DNA of 64,000 nt from the human T2T-CHM13v2.0 reference genome, Homo sapiens: the NCBI RefSeq assembly GCF_009914755.1, contig NC_060928.1; one strand, written 5' to 3'. A program made the translations under genes and the position numbers. Of the stretch, positions 13,234 through 33,594 are shown in pieces. The notes below the pieces were generated by a model. The model had not been told where the DNA came from, searched no databases, and saw nothing but the letters and a program-made list of their open reading frames with translations. Each line of letters begins with the position of its first letter. The stretch's first letter is position 1.

Positions 13234-15527
13234 TTGTTAAGCCATTCTTCCATTGCTATAAAAATATACCTGAGACTGTGTAATTTATAAAGAAAAGAAG
13301 CTTAATTGCTTAACAGTTCTGCAAGCTGCAGAAGCATGGCACTGACATCTGCTTCAATGTGGGGAGGTCTCAGGTAGTTTTACTCATGGCAGAAGGTAAG
13401 CAAGAGCAGGCATATCACATGGTGGGAGCAGCACAAGGTGGCACAGAGAGGTTACCACACACTTTAAAAAACCAGATCTCATGAGAACTCATTCTCTATT
13501 GTAAGGAAAGCCCCAAGCCAGAATGGATCCTCCTTCATGACTCAAACACTTCCCACCAGGCCCCACCTCCAAAATAAGATTTGGAGGGTACATCCAAACT
13601 ATGGCATTTCGCCCTCTGCCCCCCAAATCTCATGTTCTTCTCACATTGCAAATTACAATCATGCTTTCCAATAGGTTCCCAAACTCTTAACTCATTTTAG
13701 CATCACTCAAAAGTCCCAAGCCCCAAGTCCAAAGTCTCATCTGGAGATGCATTCCTTCCACCTATGGGCCTATAAAATCAAAAACAGGTAGTTACTTTAA
13801 AGGTACAATGGAGGTTCAGGAATTGAGAAAACATGCCTGTTCCAAAAGGGAGAAACTGGCCAGAAGAAAAGGGCTCCAGCCTCTACACAAGTCTGAAGCC
13901 CAGCAGGACAGTCATAAAATCTTAAGGCTCCAAAATAATCCCTTATTACCCCATATCCTAAATCCAGGGCAAACTGCAGTAAGGAGTGGGCTTTCTAGAC
14001 CTTGGGCAACTCTGCCCCTGTGTCTCTGCAGGATACAGCCCCTGCAACTACTCTCACAGGTTGGAGTTCAGTGCCTGCAGCTTTTCCAGGTGCAGGGTAC
14101 AAGCTGCAAGTGGATCTATCATTCTGGCATCTGGAGGACAATGGCCCCCTTCCCACATTTCCAGTAGGCAGTGCCCCAGCGGGGAATCTGTGTGGGGCCT
14201 CCAACCCCACATTTCCCCTCCACATTGCACTAGTAGAGTTTCTCTGTGAGGGCTCCACCCTTATAGCAGGCTTCTGCCTGGGCACCCAGGTTTTCTCATA
14301 TATCCTCTGAAATCTAAGCACAGGCCACCAAGCCTCCCTCACTCTTGCACTCTGTGTGCCTACAGACTTAACATCACGTGGAAGCTTCCAGACTTAACAG
14401 CTTGAACCATCTGGAACTACAGCCTGAGCTATACCTGAGGCCCTATGAGCTGAGGCTTGGTCTGAGTGGCCTGAATGCCAGAGTAGTGTCCCAAGGCTGC
14501 ACAAGGCAGCCAAGCCCCAGGCCTGGTCCCCCAAGTCATTCTAAGAAGAGCTGCCAAAAAGATCTCTGAAATGCCTTGGAGGCCTTTTTCCCATGTCTTG
14601 GCTATTAGCACTTGACTCTTTTTAGCCATGCTAATATCTCCAGCAAGTGGTTGCTCCATAGCCCCTCTGAATTCATCTCCTAATAATGCTTTTTCTTTCT
14701 CTGCTACATGGCCAGGCTGCAAATTTTCCAAACTTTTATGCTCAGCTTCCCCTTTAAATGTAAATTCAAATTAATTTTTAGTTACTTTTTTGCTCCTGCA
14801 TCTGAGCATAGGCTGTTAGAAGCAAACAGGCCATTTCTTAAATGCTTTGCTGCTTAGAAATTTTTTCTGCTAGATACCCTAAAATACAGACAAGTTATTT
14901 GCTAAGGCATAACATGAGTTACATTTGCTCCAGTTCTTAATAAGTTTCTCATTTTCATCTGAGACCTTGTCAGCCCAGAATTCACTGTCCATATCACTAT
15001 CAGCATTTGGTTACAACCATTTAAGCAGTCTCTAAGAAGTTCCAAACTTTTCCTCATCTTTCTGTCTTCTTCTAAGCCCTCCAAACTCTCCCAGCATCTG
15101 TCTGTTACTCAGTTCCAAAGTTCCTTCCTCATTTAAAGGTTATCTTTATAGCAATGCCCAACTTCTTAGTATCAGTTTTCTGTGTTAGGCTATTCTTGCT
15201 ATAAAGAAATACTTAAGACTGGGTAATACATAAAAAGGCTTAATTGGTTCAGTGTTCTGAAGGCTGTACAAGCATAGTGCTGATACTTGCTTGGCTTCTG
15301 GGGAGGTCTCAAGGAGCTTTTACTTATGGCAGAAGACAAAGCAGGAGCAAGCACATTATGTGGCAAATACAGGAGCAAGTAGGGGGTAAGGGTGCCACAC
15401 ACTTTTAAATGACCAGATCTCATAAATCACTCACTATCACAAGGATGGCACCAAGCCATGACGGCTCTACCCCCATGACCCAAACTCTTCCCACCAGGCA
15501 CCATCTCCAAAACTGGGTATTACATCT
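13234..15527 (-). mobile_element. MaLR MSTA/MSTB-like provirus: 3' LTR 13234-13606, internal ~13607-15180, 5' LTR 15181-~15527 (outer end clipped)
   Basis: Two homologous LTRs (tgtgttaggc...tattcttgctataaagaaatac), a PPT next to the left LTR, and MaLR internal ORF remnants (13995-14342, 14429-14731, 14902-15084). Confidence 0.9.
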
Positions 15528-18500
15528 CTGGAGAAAGTTTGAGTGGTCTAAATTAAATAACAAACCAGCCACAACATTTCCTTAAACCAAAGCATAACCC
15601 AGAGAAAGACCCTAATTATCTTTGATTCTTTGAAGGCCAAGAGAGGTGGGGAAGCTGTAGAAGAAAAGCTGAATGCTAGCAGAGGATGATTCACAAAGAT
15701 TAAGGAAAGAAGCTGTCTTCATAACATAAAATACAAGGTGAAGCAAGTGCTGATGCAGAAACTGCAACAAGTTATTCAGAAGATCAAGCTAACATCATTT
15801 ATGAAAGTGGCTACACTATGCAAAAGATTTTCAATGTAGACAAAACAGTCTTATAATAGAAAAAGATGCTATCTAGGACATTCAGAGCTAGAAAGAAGTC
15901 AACGCCTGGCTTCAAAGCTTCAAAGGATAGGCTGACTCTGGAGCTCATGCAGCAGCTGGTGACTTTAGGTTGAAGTCAATGCTCATTTACCATTCTGAAA
16001 ATCCTAGGATCCTTAAAAATTATGCTAAATATATTGTGCTTGTGCTGTAGATATAGAAAAGCAAACCCTGGGTGAATGCACATCTGATTACAGCATGGTT
16101 TACTAAATATTTTAAGCCTGCTGTTGAGACCTAGTACTTAGAAAAAGATTCCTTTTCAAAGTATTACTACTCATTGACAGCTGTTCTGCCTATGGAGTAG
16201 CCATTCTTTATTCCTTTAGTTTCTTAATAAACTTGCTTTCATTTTACTCTGTGGATTCACCTTGAATTCTTTTTTGTGTGAGATCCAAGAACCCTCTCTT
16301 GGGGTCTGGATTTGGACCGCTTTCTGGTAATATCTTTCTGGCGAACCACAGAAGGGATGATACTGAAGAGACACCCGACCCAAAGGAAAATCATCTGTGT
16401 GAAACACCAATTGGCTAACTCCGGGTAAGTGGGATGAATTTACCCAGGTAAAAGATGGGACTGGATCCGAGGCCCAACCTAGGAAATTTAGAGTCTCTCC
16501 TAAGACAGAGAGAGTTAAAGGCCCCTCTTACTAAAAGCAAGGACACTTGACTGAACCTGGGTTTGAGACCCAACTTAGGGAGGTGAGAGTCCTTCCTAAG
16601 ATTTAGGGGATGAGAGGCCCCATTCAGTAAAGTCCCTCTTGGTTAACAACAGGTTTGGCACTATGGGATATTAATTGCTATTCTCTTTGGATTAATCTGT
16701 CTTTCACTCTTTGCTGACGGCTATGGGTGGCAGAATTAGGCATGTACAGGATCATGGGACATGGGGAGTTTTTCTCCCTAAAAGGGGAAATTTGAGAGTT
16801 GACGGGGCTGCTGGGAAAAATCCCTGTGTGACTGACAAGCAGCTGCCTAAACTTTTCAGTGTGGCTGCAGTGAATGGGTCTTTCTCTGGCCTCCCTGAGC
16901 TCCTAGACTTCCCCATCCCATTGCAGGCAATGCTTTTCTCCCTTTCCCTTCCTTTCTCTCTCTCTCATAAACAGTTATTTTTACCATTCATTCAAAGTTG
17001 AATGAATGAACTTTGAAAATCATTCAAAATTGAATGAATGGTAAAAATCATGGTTTATCTCCTCTGTAAAGTTCTGATTAATTGGAAAAAGGATTTGTGA
17101 GGCTAGCCTTAAACTGTAGCAAATCTGTTGTATTTTGTGCTATGAATTTGTCTTTCTGTATCTTTCTGTCAGAAAGAGGGGTACCTTAGGATAGAACAGG
17201 GGCTTAGGGCCCCATAAGCCCTCTGTTCAAGACAGCCCAGCAAACTGGTCAGTTATGTCCTTGGGAGCTTGACCTTGTAACCACGTGGCACTACTTTCTC
17301 TTGGTCTCTGCCATCTGGAGGACAGAAATTTGGGGGTTCATGAAATAGTCAGCCCTAAAAATTATCTTGCTAAAAGACTTCACAAGCTCAAAATTGGCTG
17401 CTCTAGACTCCTTCTGGGAAGAGCATTGGAAACTGCCCAATGCTGTAGCTCAGCAGCTAAAGTTTTGCCATTTTACGGGGGCAGCCTAGGTTCAATTTCT
17501 GGCTTAGGGAATGAGTCCTTTCTGGGTTGATACCTGCATGACATTTACCATTTGTTAATTTTCTTCCCCTCCAAAAACCATGTTGAATTGTCCTTTCTCT
17601 GAGCATATCGGAGGTTACCTTTAGTAAGGTTCAAACGCCAGAAATATTGGCTGTTTGGCCTGGCTAAAATCAGGTAATAAGAAATTTAAAAGTTTTTTTT
17701 TTAAGAGTGCTATGTTTAAAAGTCAGCTTAATTGAAAGTGGATATTCAAGCTCTAACAGCCTGAGGCTCCTTGGTAAAAAAAACTGAAGAGGCACCACAG
17801 ACCCCATTTTAGGAAAAACTTCTCTTTTCCTCATGAAATCCAAGAAATTAGAAGTGGATAAGAGCCCACTCAAAATCTAAGGCTCTGTTCTGATTTGCAT
17901 TGCATTATCTGACAACTTTAACTTTTGGGGGTGTCAGAAATTAGTTCACAAATTACTTCACATTATGAGAGAGCTTTGGTGTGTAATAACTAGGTAGGAA
18001 ATTTACTTTTGGGGATAGCTAATGGCAGTTATGGGGAAATACTAAGCTCTGCACATTTGATCAGAGAAGCATGCTCTTCGACACCTAGAAGTTATGGAAA
18101 TGTCCCCACCCGACCCCTACTGAGAGATAAGACTCCTGTGGGAGATGCATTGATTCCCTGTTTTAGGAGATCCAAGATCTGGTATAAAAATGGGACCCTT
18201 AAATTCTAGAAATCTGTTTTACCTCCCAACTGTGCCTGCTTATTAGGCCCTAGAAACTGTATGCTCTCCTGGCCCTGTTCCTCCAAGGGCTCCACTCTAA
18301 AGCCAGTAATCCAATTAAGAAACTGGTAAATGAAAAATCTTACAACTACTGAATCTTTTGTCTGTCTGGGTATTTATATATATTGTGTATGTGAAATATA
18401 AAAGAGCTTTGATTCATTGGTTTAAAATTAATAAGAGCTTAAATCAAGTATGTTATCAGAAAAATAAAAAGTGTAATGCCTTTTACTTCATGTAACATAT

Positions 18501-19885
18501 CTTTGGTAAATAAATAAAGTTTTAAAGATTATTGGTAAAATAAAAGTCTTCAAAATTTAGACATTTGGTCTAAATTAGGCAGGTGATGTATTAGTTTGCT
18601 AAATGCTTTAGGGTCATAAACTGATTCTTTGACTTTTCTCAATTATTCAGTTTACTTAGTTTGGAGCATCAGATTCTATAATAGATAAGGCCTGGGGTCA
18701 TGTGGAGAGCCTTGCCCTCTAGCTATGCGGGGAAGAGTCAGCTTTTATCTACACTTCTGTCTGATGTCATAGGCTCCACACCTGGTACATAATTACAATC
18801 ACTTATTAACCAAGTTTTTCACCAAAAGAAAAAGTTGCTAAGAGTTAACAGTGTAACACGTAGTTGAGACTACTAAGAAAACAGTTCTACATGCAAGGCC
18901 TATCAGGAAAGTAGAATGTACTTTTGGTAAAAGATTATAAGAAGACATGGGAATGTGAATTTCTTGTCTACATTTAGAGGGTTAAAGGATTGTTTTATGT
19001 GAGATAGAAAAATATATATAAAGGTTTGAACAAGTTGTGGAAAGTTTATAAAAAATTAATTGTAAAAGAGATTCTGCGTGCAAACATATTGGCTAAAGTT
19101 AAAGGGGTATTATTCAGTTCTTCCATAAATTGAACATAGAAATAAAAGCACAACAAGTGTTACTTACAGCACTGATCTGCTCTTTAAAAAAATTGTAAAA
19201 GGTTATAAAAGGTTTATAAGAACCTTACCTTATGGTCAAACTGATTAAGATTGAATATATTTGTCGACAAGGTTTTATTAAGAATTGAATTTGACATCAA
19301 TAATGCACTAACACAAAAGTGAAATTTGTATTATTTGGTATAAAAATGATACAGGAACTATTGTCAAATATTAAATGGTGTTTGGCTTTCTTTGGGCTGT
19401 ATTTGTATAAATATGTTATTGGTATGTATTCCAAAATAATGGGAAACTCCTATAATTCTGATAAGACACAGTGTATATTATCAGTAATAATTGTAATTGT
19501 TACATAAAATCATTGTATGCCACAGATGTAACCAAATTTCTTTGTCAATCATGTTTTTGACTATGGTTGCCCTAAGACATTTTGTCATTCACAGACAATT
19601 GTTGTCTTGTTTTGGTCCCCTTCAAAAGGAGGTTTTAAAATCAGCTACAGGAATTTGACAGGTGATCCTGAATGCAGGTTTCTGATAACATTGGAGATTA
19701 TAACAGTAAAATAGAGGAAAAAACTTAGAGGAATCTCAGGCACAGCTGAAATGTTCCTGAACATCAAACAGGGGTTAAACTGCATGGACTAAATTAAGAT
19801 AGAAGTCTGAAGTAATCTTTTTGACTCTTTGCTTAAAATGTTGCTGATCCTTTGTTTTGTTTTTCAGAGTTAAGGAAACTTTTGA

Positions 19886-20196
<311 letters not shown>

Positions 20197-20748
20197 TAGA
20201 CAGCTTTTAACAATCAAGTAAAGTATACTCCTGTGAACCAAATTTGAGGCATATTTGTTTCTCTCCACCTGATTTCTCCAAAATTGGAAAACAAGCCGTG
20301 GGTATTCTTAACTTATGGCAATATAGTTATTGCATAAGTGCAATAAGAATATTTTCTCTTTTGTAACAGGACACAATTGGAGAAACTGGTTATTTTACCA
20401 AGGCTTTGACTGGAATGGCACACTTTCCTTTACGGAATCAAACTTGACTTATAAAGCCAATAAAAGACCCTTAAGAAAAATGGCCTCATACCTTGCCCAT
20501 ACAATCTCTATCCAGAGTTGCTAACCTGTGGTAAGTAAAGAATGTCACTTTCTGACAGGCCCGGGAGCCCCAAGTTATCCTGGGACCTCAAGAGGAGAGG
20601 AATTTACCTAACTTATAGGTATTTAAGGGTACAAACCCATGACCAGACTTGGCTTTAAAAAAAAGAAAAATTTTATCTGATATTCCTTTTATGGAACAAA
20701 GTTCCATCAAAGCCAATTTAAAAAGCCTCTATAAAATAATCATTCTTG

Positions 20749-27176
<6,428 letters not shown>

Positions 27177-27983
27177 TATTATTATTCGTGCTGCACTTTA
27201 TACAGATAATCAGGCCAAATATAATAAAGCAAATTGGTCGTACTATGATTTGTCTTTATTAAAAATGGGAGACTGGAGAGAGAAAAAAATATGTTTCAAG
27301 AAATATGGTACACATGTTATTAGATGCTAGTCTCATCAGTTGTTTTCGAGTTTTTTATACAATTTAGACTAACCCTGCTTATTCCTGTGTTCAACCAGTG
27401 ATCTCTGGCTGCTGCTCAGAAGAAACAAGAGGGATGGATCTCACCTTTTGTTGGTACTGAAGAGTTATGTATTGCCCTGACCATACCTACACTTTCTGAC
27501 TGAGCTCCTCTCTACCCTGAATGCAAGAGACCCAATAGTTAGGCAGCAATATTATTGCCCCTGTTCAGCCTGAAGTTACAGAAGATGGATCTTCATCCCT
27601 CTCAAACCCTTAGGATTAAGGGTTCTCTTATAAAAGGGAGGGGGATAATGTCAGAGGCATTTGAATCAGAGTGCCTCCATCTTAAGTAGTGGTTGGGTAA
27701 AATAAGGCTGAGACATGCTGGGCTGCATTCCCAGTTAAGTTGCTCATTCTAATTCACAGGATTAGATAGGAGGTCGACACAAGATACAGGTCATAAAGAC
27801 CTTGCTGATAAAACAGCATGCAGTAAAGAAGCCACCTAAATCCCACCAAAACCAAGATGGTGAAAAGAGTGACCTTTGGTCATCCTCACTGATACACTCC
27901 CACCAGTGCCACAACAGCTTACAAATGCCATGGCAATGTCATAAAGTTATCCTATATGGTCTAAAAATGGAAGGAATTCTCAG

Positions 27984-27992
27984 TTCTAAGAA
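27984..27992 (+). promoter_or_regulatory. Candidate GAS/STAT site TTCTAAGAA in MER41 U3
   Basis: Matches TTCN3GAA at the position of the tandem GAS motifs described for MER41B; the second motif looks partly deleted. Confidence 0.4.
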
Positions 27993-29249
27993 ATGCCAGA
28001 AAACGCATGAATAATCCACCCCTTGTTTAGTATATAATCAAGAAATAACTGTAAAAATGGACAACCAACAGCCCCTAGGGCTGCTCTGTCTATGGAGTAG
28101 CCATTCTTTATTCCTTTATTTTCTTAATAAACTTGCTTTCACTTACAAAATAAAAATGTTACTACTTGTTGATAAGGCACCTGTCACCCAAGAGCTCTGA
28201 TGGAGATGCACAAGGAAATTAGTGTTATTTTCATGCCTGCTAATACAACACCCATTCTGAAGCCCATGGTTCAAAGACTAATTTCAACTTTCAAGTCTTA
28301 GTTTAAAAATACATTTTGTAAGGCTATGGCCACCATACAGAGTGACTCCTCTGGGATCTGGGCAAAGTAAATTTAAAACCTTCTGGAAAGGCTATACCAT
28401 TATAGATATCATTAGAACATTCATGATTCATGGGAAGATGTCAAAAGATGAACACAAACAGAAGTTTGAAAAAGGTTGATTCCATTCCTCATGAATTGAG
28501 GGGTTCAAGATTTCAGAAGAGGAAATAACTGCATGTATGGTGGAAACAGCAAAATAACTAGAATTAGAAGTGGGACCTGAAGATGTCTGAATTGCTAAAA
28601 TTTCATGATTAAACTTGAAAGGATGAGGAGTTGATTCTTGTGGATGAGCAAAGAAAGTGGTTTCTTGAAATGGGATTTACTCCTGGTGAAGATGCTGTGA
28701 ACACTGCTGAAGTAACAACAAGGGATTTCAAATATTAGATAAACTTAGATGATAAAACAGTTGTAGGGTTAGGGAGGATTAACCCCATTTTTAAAGAAGT
28801 TCTATTGTGGGTCAAGTGCTATCAAGCCACATCAGATGCCACAGAGAAATCTCATGAAAGGAAGGGTCAATCAATGTGGTTAATTTCATTGTTGTCTTAT
28901 TTTAAGAAATTTCCAGAGCCACCCCAACCTTTAGTAACCAAAATTCTGACTATTCAGCAGCCACCAACATCAAAGCAAGACCCTCCAGGAGAAAAAGAAG
29001 ACTCACTGAAAGCTCAAATGATTGTTAGCAGTTTTTTTTAGCAATTCAGTATTTTTAATTAAGCCATTTACGTTGTTTTATTCAGACATAATGCTATCGC
29101 ACACTTAATAGACTATAGTATAGTCTAAACATATTTTTTATGTACTGGGAAATCAAAAAAACTCATGTGACTCGCTTTATTGCAATCTTAGTTTTACTGC
29201 AGTGGTATGTAACCAAACCAAGCCATATTGCCAAGGTATGCCTTTATTA

Positions 29250-29680
29250 ATTTCTCAGTGAAGCCTTCCCCATTAACATTATTTGGAATTGATTCACTAT
29301 CCACTCTAAACTCTCAATCCTTTTACCTCTTGTTTGTCCCCATGGAATTTAAAAATGCTTGATTTTCCTTCTTCCTCTATTAATCTGTCAATCTACCTCT
29401 TCATTTATTAAATGTCTTATACTTGAAATGAAGCTCTATAAACAAGAATATTTACTGTATCACAGCATATATTATTCATTAATTAATAATTAATATTAAC
29501 AATATTTAATTAATAAATGATAATTAATAACAATAAATTAATATTTAGTTAATAAATTATATTATTAATTAACATTAATATTAAGCTCTATGAAACAAGA
29601 ATATTTACTGTATCACAAGTCCCTGGAAGAGTGCTTAATACATAAGATAGTCTCAATACATATTTGTTAATTGATTGAAA
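29250..29680 (+). mobile_element. L2 3' end with an internal duplication and AT-rich filler
   Basis: ttctcagtgaagccttccc ... aagctctatg ... ctcaatacatatttgttaattgattgaa. Confidence 0.7.
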
Positions 29681-29719
29681 AGATTAATCCTATCTTGTTA
29701 CCAAGATCTTCCCATGTTT

Positions 29720-30060
29720 AAAAAAACCATATAACATTTCTAATATTTTCATAGGACTCTAGTCAGCTGATATATCAAAATTAACTAAACTCCACTTTTC
29801 TTTCCATTTAGGACATTTTGGAGTTTTTATTACTTTTTTAATGAAGTCCTTGATGTTTAAGTTTTGGTATCAATAATAGCCTTAGGATGATCTTAGAAGC
29901 AGAATTCTAGGGTCAAATGGCATGAATGCTTGAAACATTTTGCCAAACTGCCCTTAAGAAACACTGATATAAATTTATACTTTCAACACAATGTATGAGG
30001 GTCCTCAATTTTCCACACTCTCAACAATGTTTATATCTATTTTCTTTTTAAATTTGTTGA
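29720..30060 (-). mobile_element. L1ME-like 3' fragment
   Basis: tagaagcagaattctagggtcaaatgg...tgccaaactgccct...aatgtatgagggt. Confidence 0.65.
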
Positions 30061-33000
30061 GCATACCCCTGCCCCCAACCCATGACTAAAAACAGGTCAA
30101 TGTGAGAGATAAAGTGATGCTTAAATACTTTTCCACTTAACAATTTCACTTACCGGAGTTGGATCAATCACAAAATCAATTACATATCCATGAATTAAAA
30201 CTTGGTGTAATAAGAAAAGACTGCTTTATAATGTGATACGCCTCATTTAATTATTTCTTCATTAGACAATTCTAACGTGTTTTATTAGTCACACAACACT
30301 AAAGGGTATACAATATACTGAGTCTAGATGTACTATTTCCTTCTTTAATTTAGACTAATGAAAATGAGTTTTATCCCTCTTAAGTATATTCCAAAAAACT
30401 TTACTTATAAATAAAACCATTTTCATATTTCTAAATAAAGATGTAAAATAATTTGAAATAAATACATGGCTATAACATGAGTTATTGAATGTCTTATAAG
30501 TTCCATAAATCCCATGAGATTACAATTATTCACATATGCATCAACTTCAGTTCTTAACACTTTTACCTACAAATGTAAGATATCCAGTAATCAATTTTAA
30601 TTTTCCAATAATTCTCTATATAGATAGAAAGAAAACAATGTGCGTTTTTTAAGTTCAATGAGGCACAGCATTCTTTCTAGTAATGTCATGACCCAAGTAA
30701 CAAATATGCATATCATGTTCTCCAAATTAAGTCAGACAATGTTATAGTTTTATTTATGTGTACACACATATATACATATAACAATACTAAATAATTTTAT
30801 CTGATGTATAAGAAATTCTGCATCCAACCAAAAAAGGTCTTTCCATTGCTATTAAAGCAAAACAAAATTACCAATGTTTAAAAGAGAAATAATAGGGTAA
30901 AGAAACTTCTTTTCTTATTTTGTTACTAAGAACATTATGATATGAAAGGCCATCATTCATAAGATAAACATTCCCCACACCATATAACAAATAGAATTAT
31001 TATCACTGAATCTTTTGATTATACAATGATGTTTTAAAAATCAAATGATGTCATGTATTAGTTGTCCCTAGCAAAAGTTAGGGTGTAAATTACAAACAGA
31101 AACAGGCTATTTTCATTTTAAAGCAAAAACAATATTAATATGTATATATTAATATTAAAAAGAATAGACAATTTTTTGGTTATATTGATCAAAAAAAACG
31201 TAAAACTCTATTTAAAAATTAGGAATCTATTTAGAGACTTGATAATATCGCACTTAAATCTTGTCCTTGATTAGATCAATGTAACAGAGTCTAGACAAAG
31301 GAAAGTTAATCTTCAATTACCAGAATACGGCATGATATTAATTGAATTGGCCCTGGGCACCTACTAAATCTATTTTAGAGCAAAATTTTGGATGGTATAC
31401 CTTAAGGTAGCAGATTAAATTTAAAAGGATAATTCCATAATTACTACAATATCTACATGTCAGAAGATACAAAATTTCATATATCATGGTATCAGATAAT
31501 AGCTTCAGAGGTCCATATGGCTTTTTCCAATGTGTTGATAATAGAGGCACATGGGGTTTCTGTTATTATCCCTTTGAAGTATGGGCCACTTTAAGATGCA
31601 CGATAGCAAACTTCATGAATTACTGGTATTAACCAACATGATAAACTCTTTTCATTTCACAAGCTGTCTACTCTGCAGTTGTACAGTGACTTTGACAGTC
31701 ACTATGTCTTTGACTTCCAAATAATAACTGTCTTCCAAATGAATACATTTCCCTTACCTCTCAAATTATTTTAGAAGTTAGTGTTGGCTTAACATTAGGA
31801 AGAAACATGTTTCATATTATGATAAGATCTTATACTTCAAAGGAGCTTCAAAGGTTCTGAAAATGACTCTGAAATATATTTCTCATTAATCTTTTGTATT
31901 CTCATGAGGCAAGTAGGTGGCAAATATCTCAACTGTGAAAAACAGAAACTAATGAAACAATTAGCTAATTTACTTGCCCTATGCTAAATACTGAAGCAAT
32001 GAAAAGTCATAGTGTCAATCCTGGCACTTAACTGAAACTCTTATTTTGCATTCCATCGGTAAGAATTTTTATGCAGAGGAGAGTAAAGGAATACAGACAA
32101 AAAATATCAGGAAATATGATACTCAACATAATTTACTTCATAAGACCCTGAGATTAATATTATTTCTTATTTAATTGATTGTGCTTGATGATGGTGATGG
32201 TGCTGAAACTTCAAAGAACTTATTTCCCTGGGTGACCACAGTTGAGTGTAATCAGGGACACACTACAGGAGTTTGAATCCTACTTCACAGCAAAGCTAAA
32301 ACCTCACAAAATCAACATGGTGTAATAACTCAAGAGAAGAAAAAGAAAATAAAAAGTGAAATTTCAACTTAAAATGGATCTATAAGCTGGCAATATGCCT
32401 GATTCTTAAAAGGCAATGAGAAACAAAGCAAACCTCTGGATCTCAGGCTGTCCAAGTATTATTTGCTGGATAAGTTATATTCTCCTGTTTTAGTTTTTCA
32501 TTAAAAACTTTGGAAAAAAGAGTTTCTTCATTCTGTTTCATTTTTTTCTCCATATTCTCATAAAAATTCATTACAATGGTATGGTTGTTTAGTGGGAATA
32601 CACCTGTAATTTATTGTTGAAAATGATTGTTCCTGTTCTCTATCTAGTTTTCCTGTGTAAAATAGCATAATAACTGACTTATCTTCATTTCCAGCAAGTG
32701 TTACTGCTTTAGAACAAGAATGCTGTTACTGATAGCTAAGACCATCCAAATTTTAAAAATTAAAATTAATTTTGGAATTGTAAATGCTCAAATAAATGTT
32801 TATCTTTTTAATATAGCTTCTTTCTTTATATTTGAAAAAAAATAAAAATAATTCTGTACAACTGCCTTGATGTATATCTTCTATATGACTGATTTTCCAA
32901 ATCAGGGTAAAGTGCCTTTCTCCTCTAACAACTTTAGCATGTTATGAGTTCTGTTTTTTTCCCTAATAGAATGCTGAATGACTTTATTAGCTTTAGTAAA

Positions 33001-33172
33001 ACTGGTAAAATTGTCTTTGGTAAAATTAAGAGACATAACCCACCCTCCCCCAAAATCTTCTTACGTTTGAAAAAAATAACTTAAGTCTTTTACTGAATAA
33101 GTATTTTCCTTTTTGGTTTTTGACCTACACACTTAAGAGAGTCAGGGTAAATGCAAATGTTGTTTACAATCA

Positions 33173-33365
33173 CAGTAAGTCCTCACATAACATCATGGAT
33201 GGTTTCTCGGAAACTGCAACTTTAAGCAAAATGATGTACAACACAGCAGGTCCTCAAATAATGTTGTTTAGTTCAATGTTATTTTGTTACAGCACTGATG
33301 AGAAAAATGGTTTTGTTATACATTATTTTGCTTAACTTTTCAGTCTCCAAGAACCTATCAATGAT
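33173..33365 (+). mobile_element. TcMar-Tigger MITE (Tigger6/MER82-like), partial
   Basis: cagtaagtcctcacataacatc...ggaaactgcaactttaagc with inverted counterpart ccaagaacctatcaatga. Confidence 0.65.
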
Positions 33366-33434
33366 TCTAGATATTTTAATATGGAAACCTTAGAATTTTT
33401 TTCCTCATAGTTTTATAAGGACTTCTAGACTTAC

Positions 33435-33594
33435 CTGGCCCATCAGTCACTTTTTCTAGGCACCGAGGAGTTGCACTAAGAAAAGAGGCATGTTTTCTTT
33501 TAGCCACTAAACTACGAGGTGGCATATATTTATGCTTAACTTGGGACATCTCATATGATTTGTGAACATCATAGCTGCCTGGCGCTGGAATAAC
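33435..33594 (-). CDS. STPG2: Internal coding exon (160 bp, phase 0 to phase 1) of sperm-tail PG-rich repeat protein 2
   Basis: Minus strand: acceptor TTTTTTTTCAG| (AG at 33595-33596) and donor CCAG|GTAAGT (GT at 33433-33434). Open frame VIPAPGSYDVHKSYEMSQVKHKYMPPRSLVAKRKHASFLSATPRCLEKVTDGP(G) carries PAPGxY and GPG SHIPPO/PG-repeat motifs and matches the STPG2 (C4orf37) peptide as recalled. Confidence 0.88.

Noticed and set aside
13808-15084. Cluster of overlapping 60-120 aa ORFs
   Set aside because: Decayed MaLR (MST) internal sequence.
31758-31857. Possible extra minus-strand exon (GAG|GTAAGG donor, TTTCAG acceptor)
   Set aside because: Weak pyrimidine tract, stop-rich and no PG-repeat motif.
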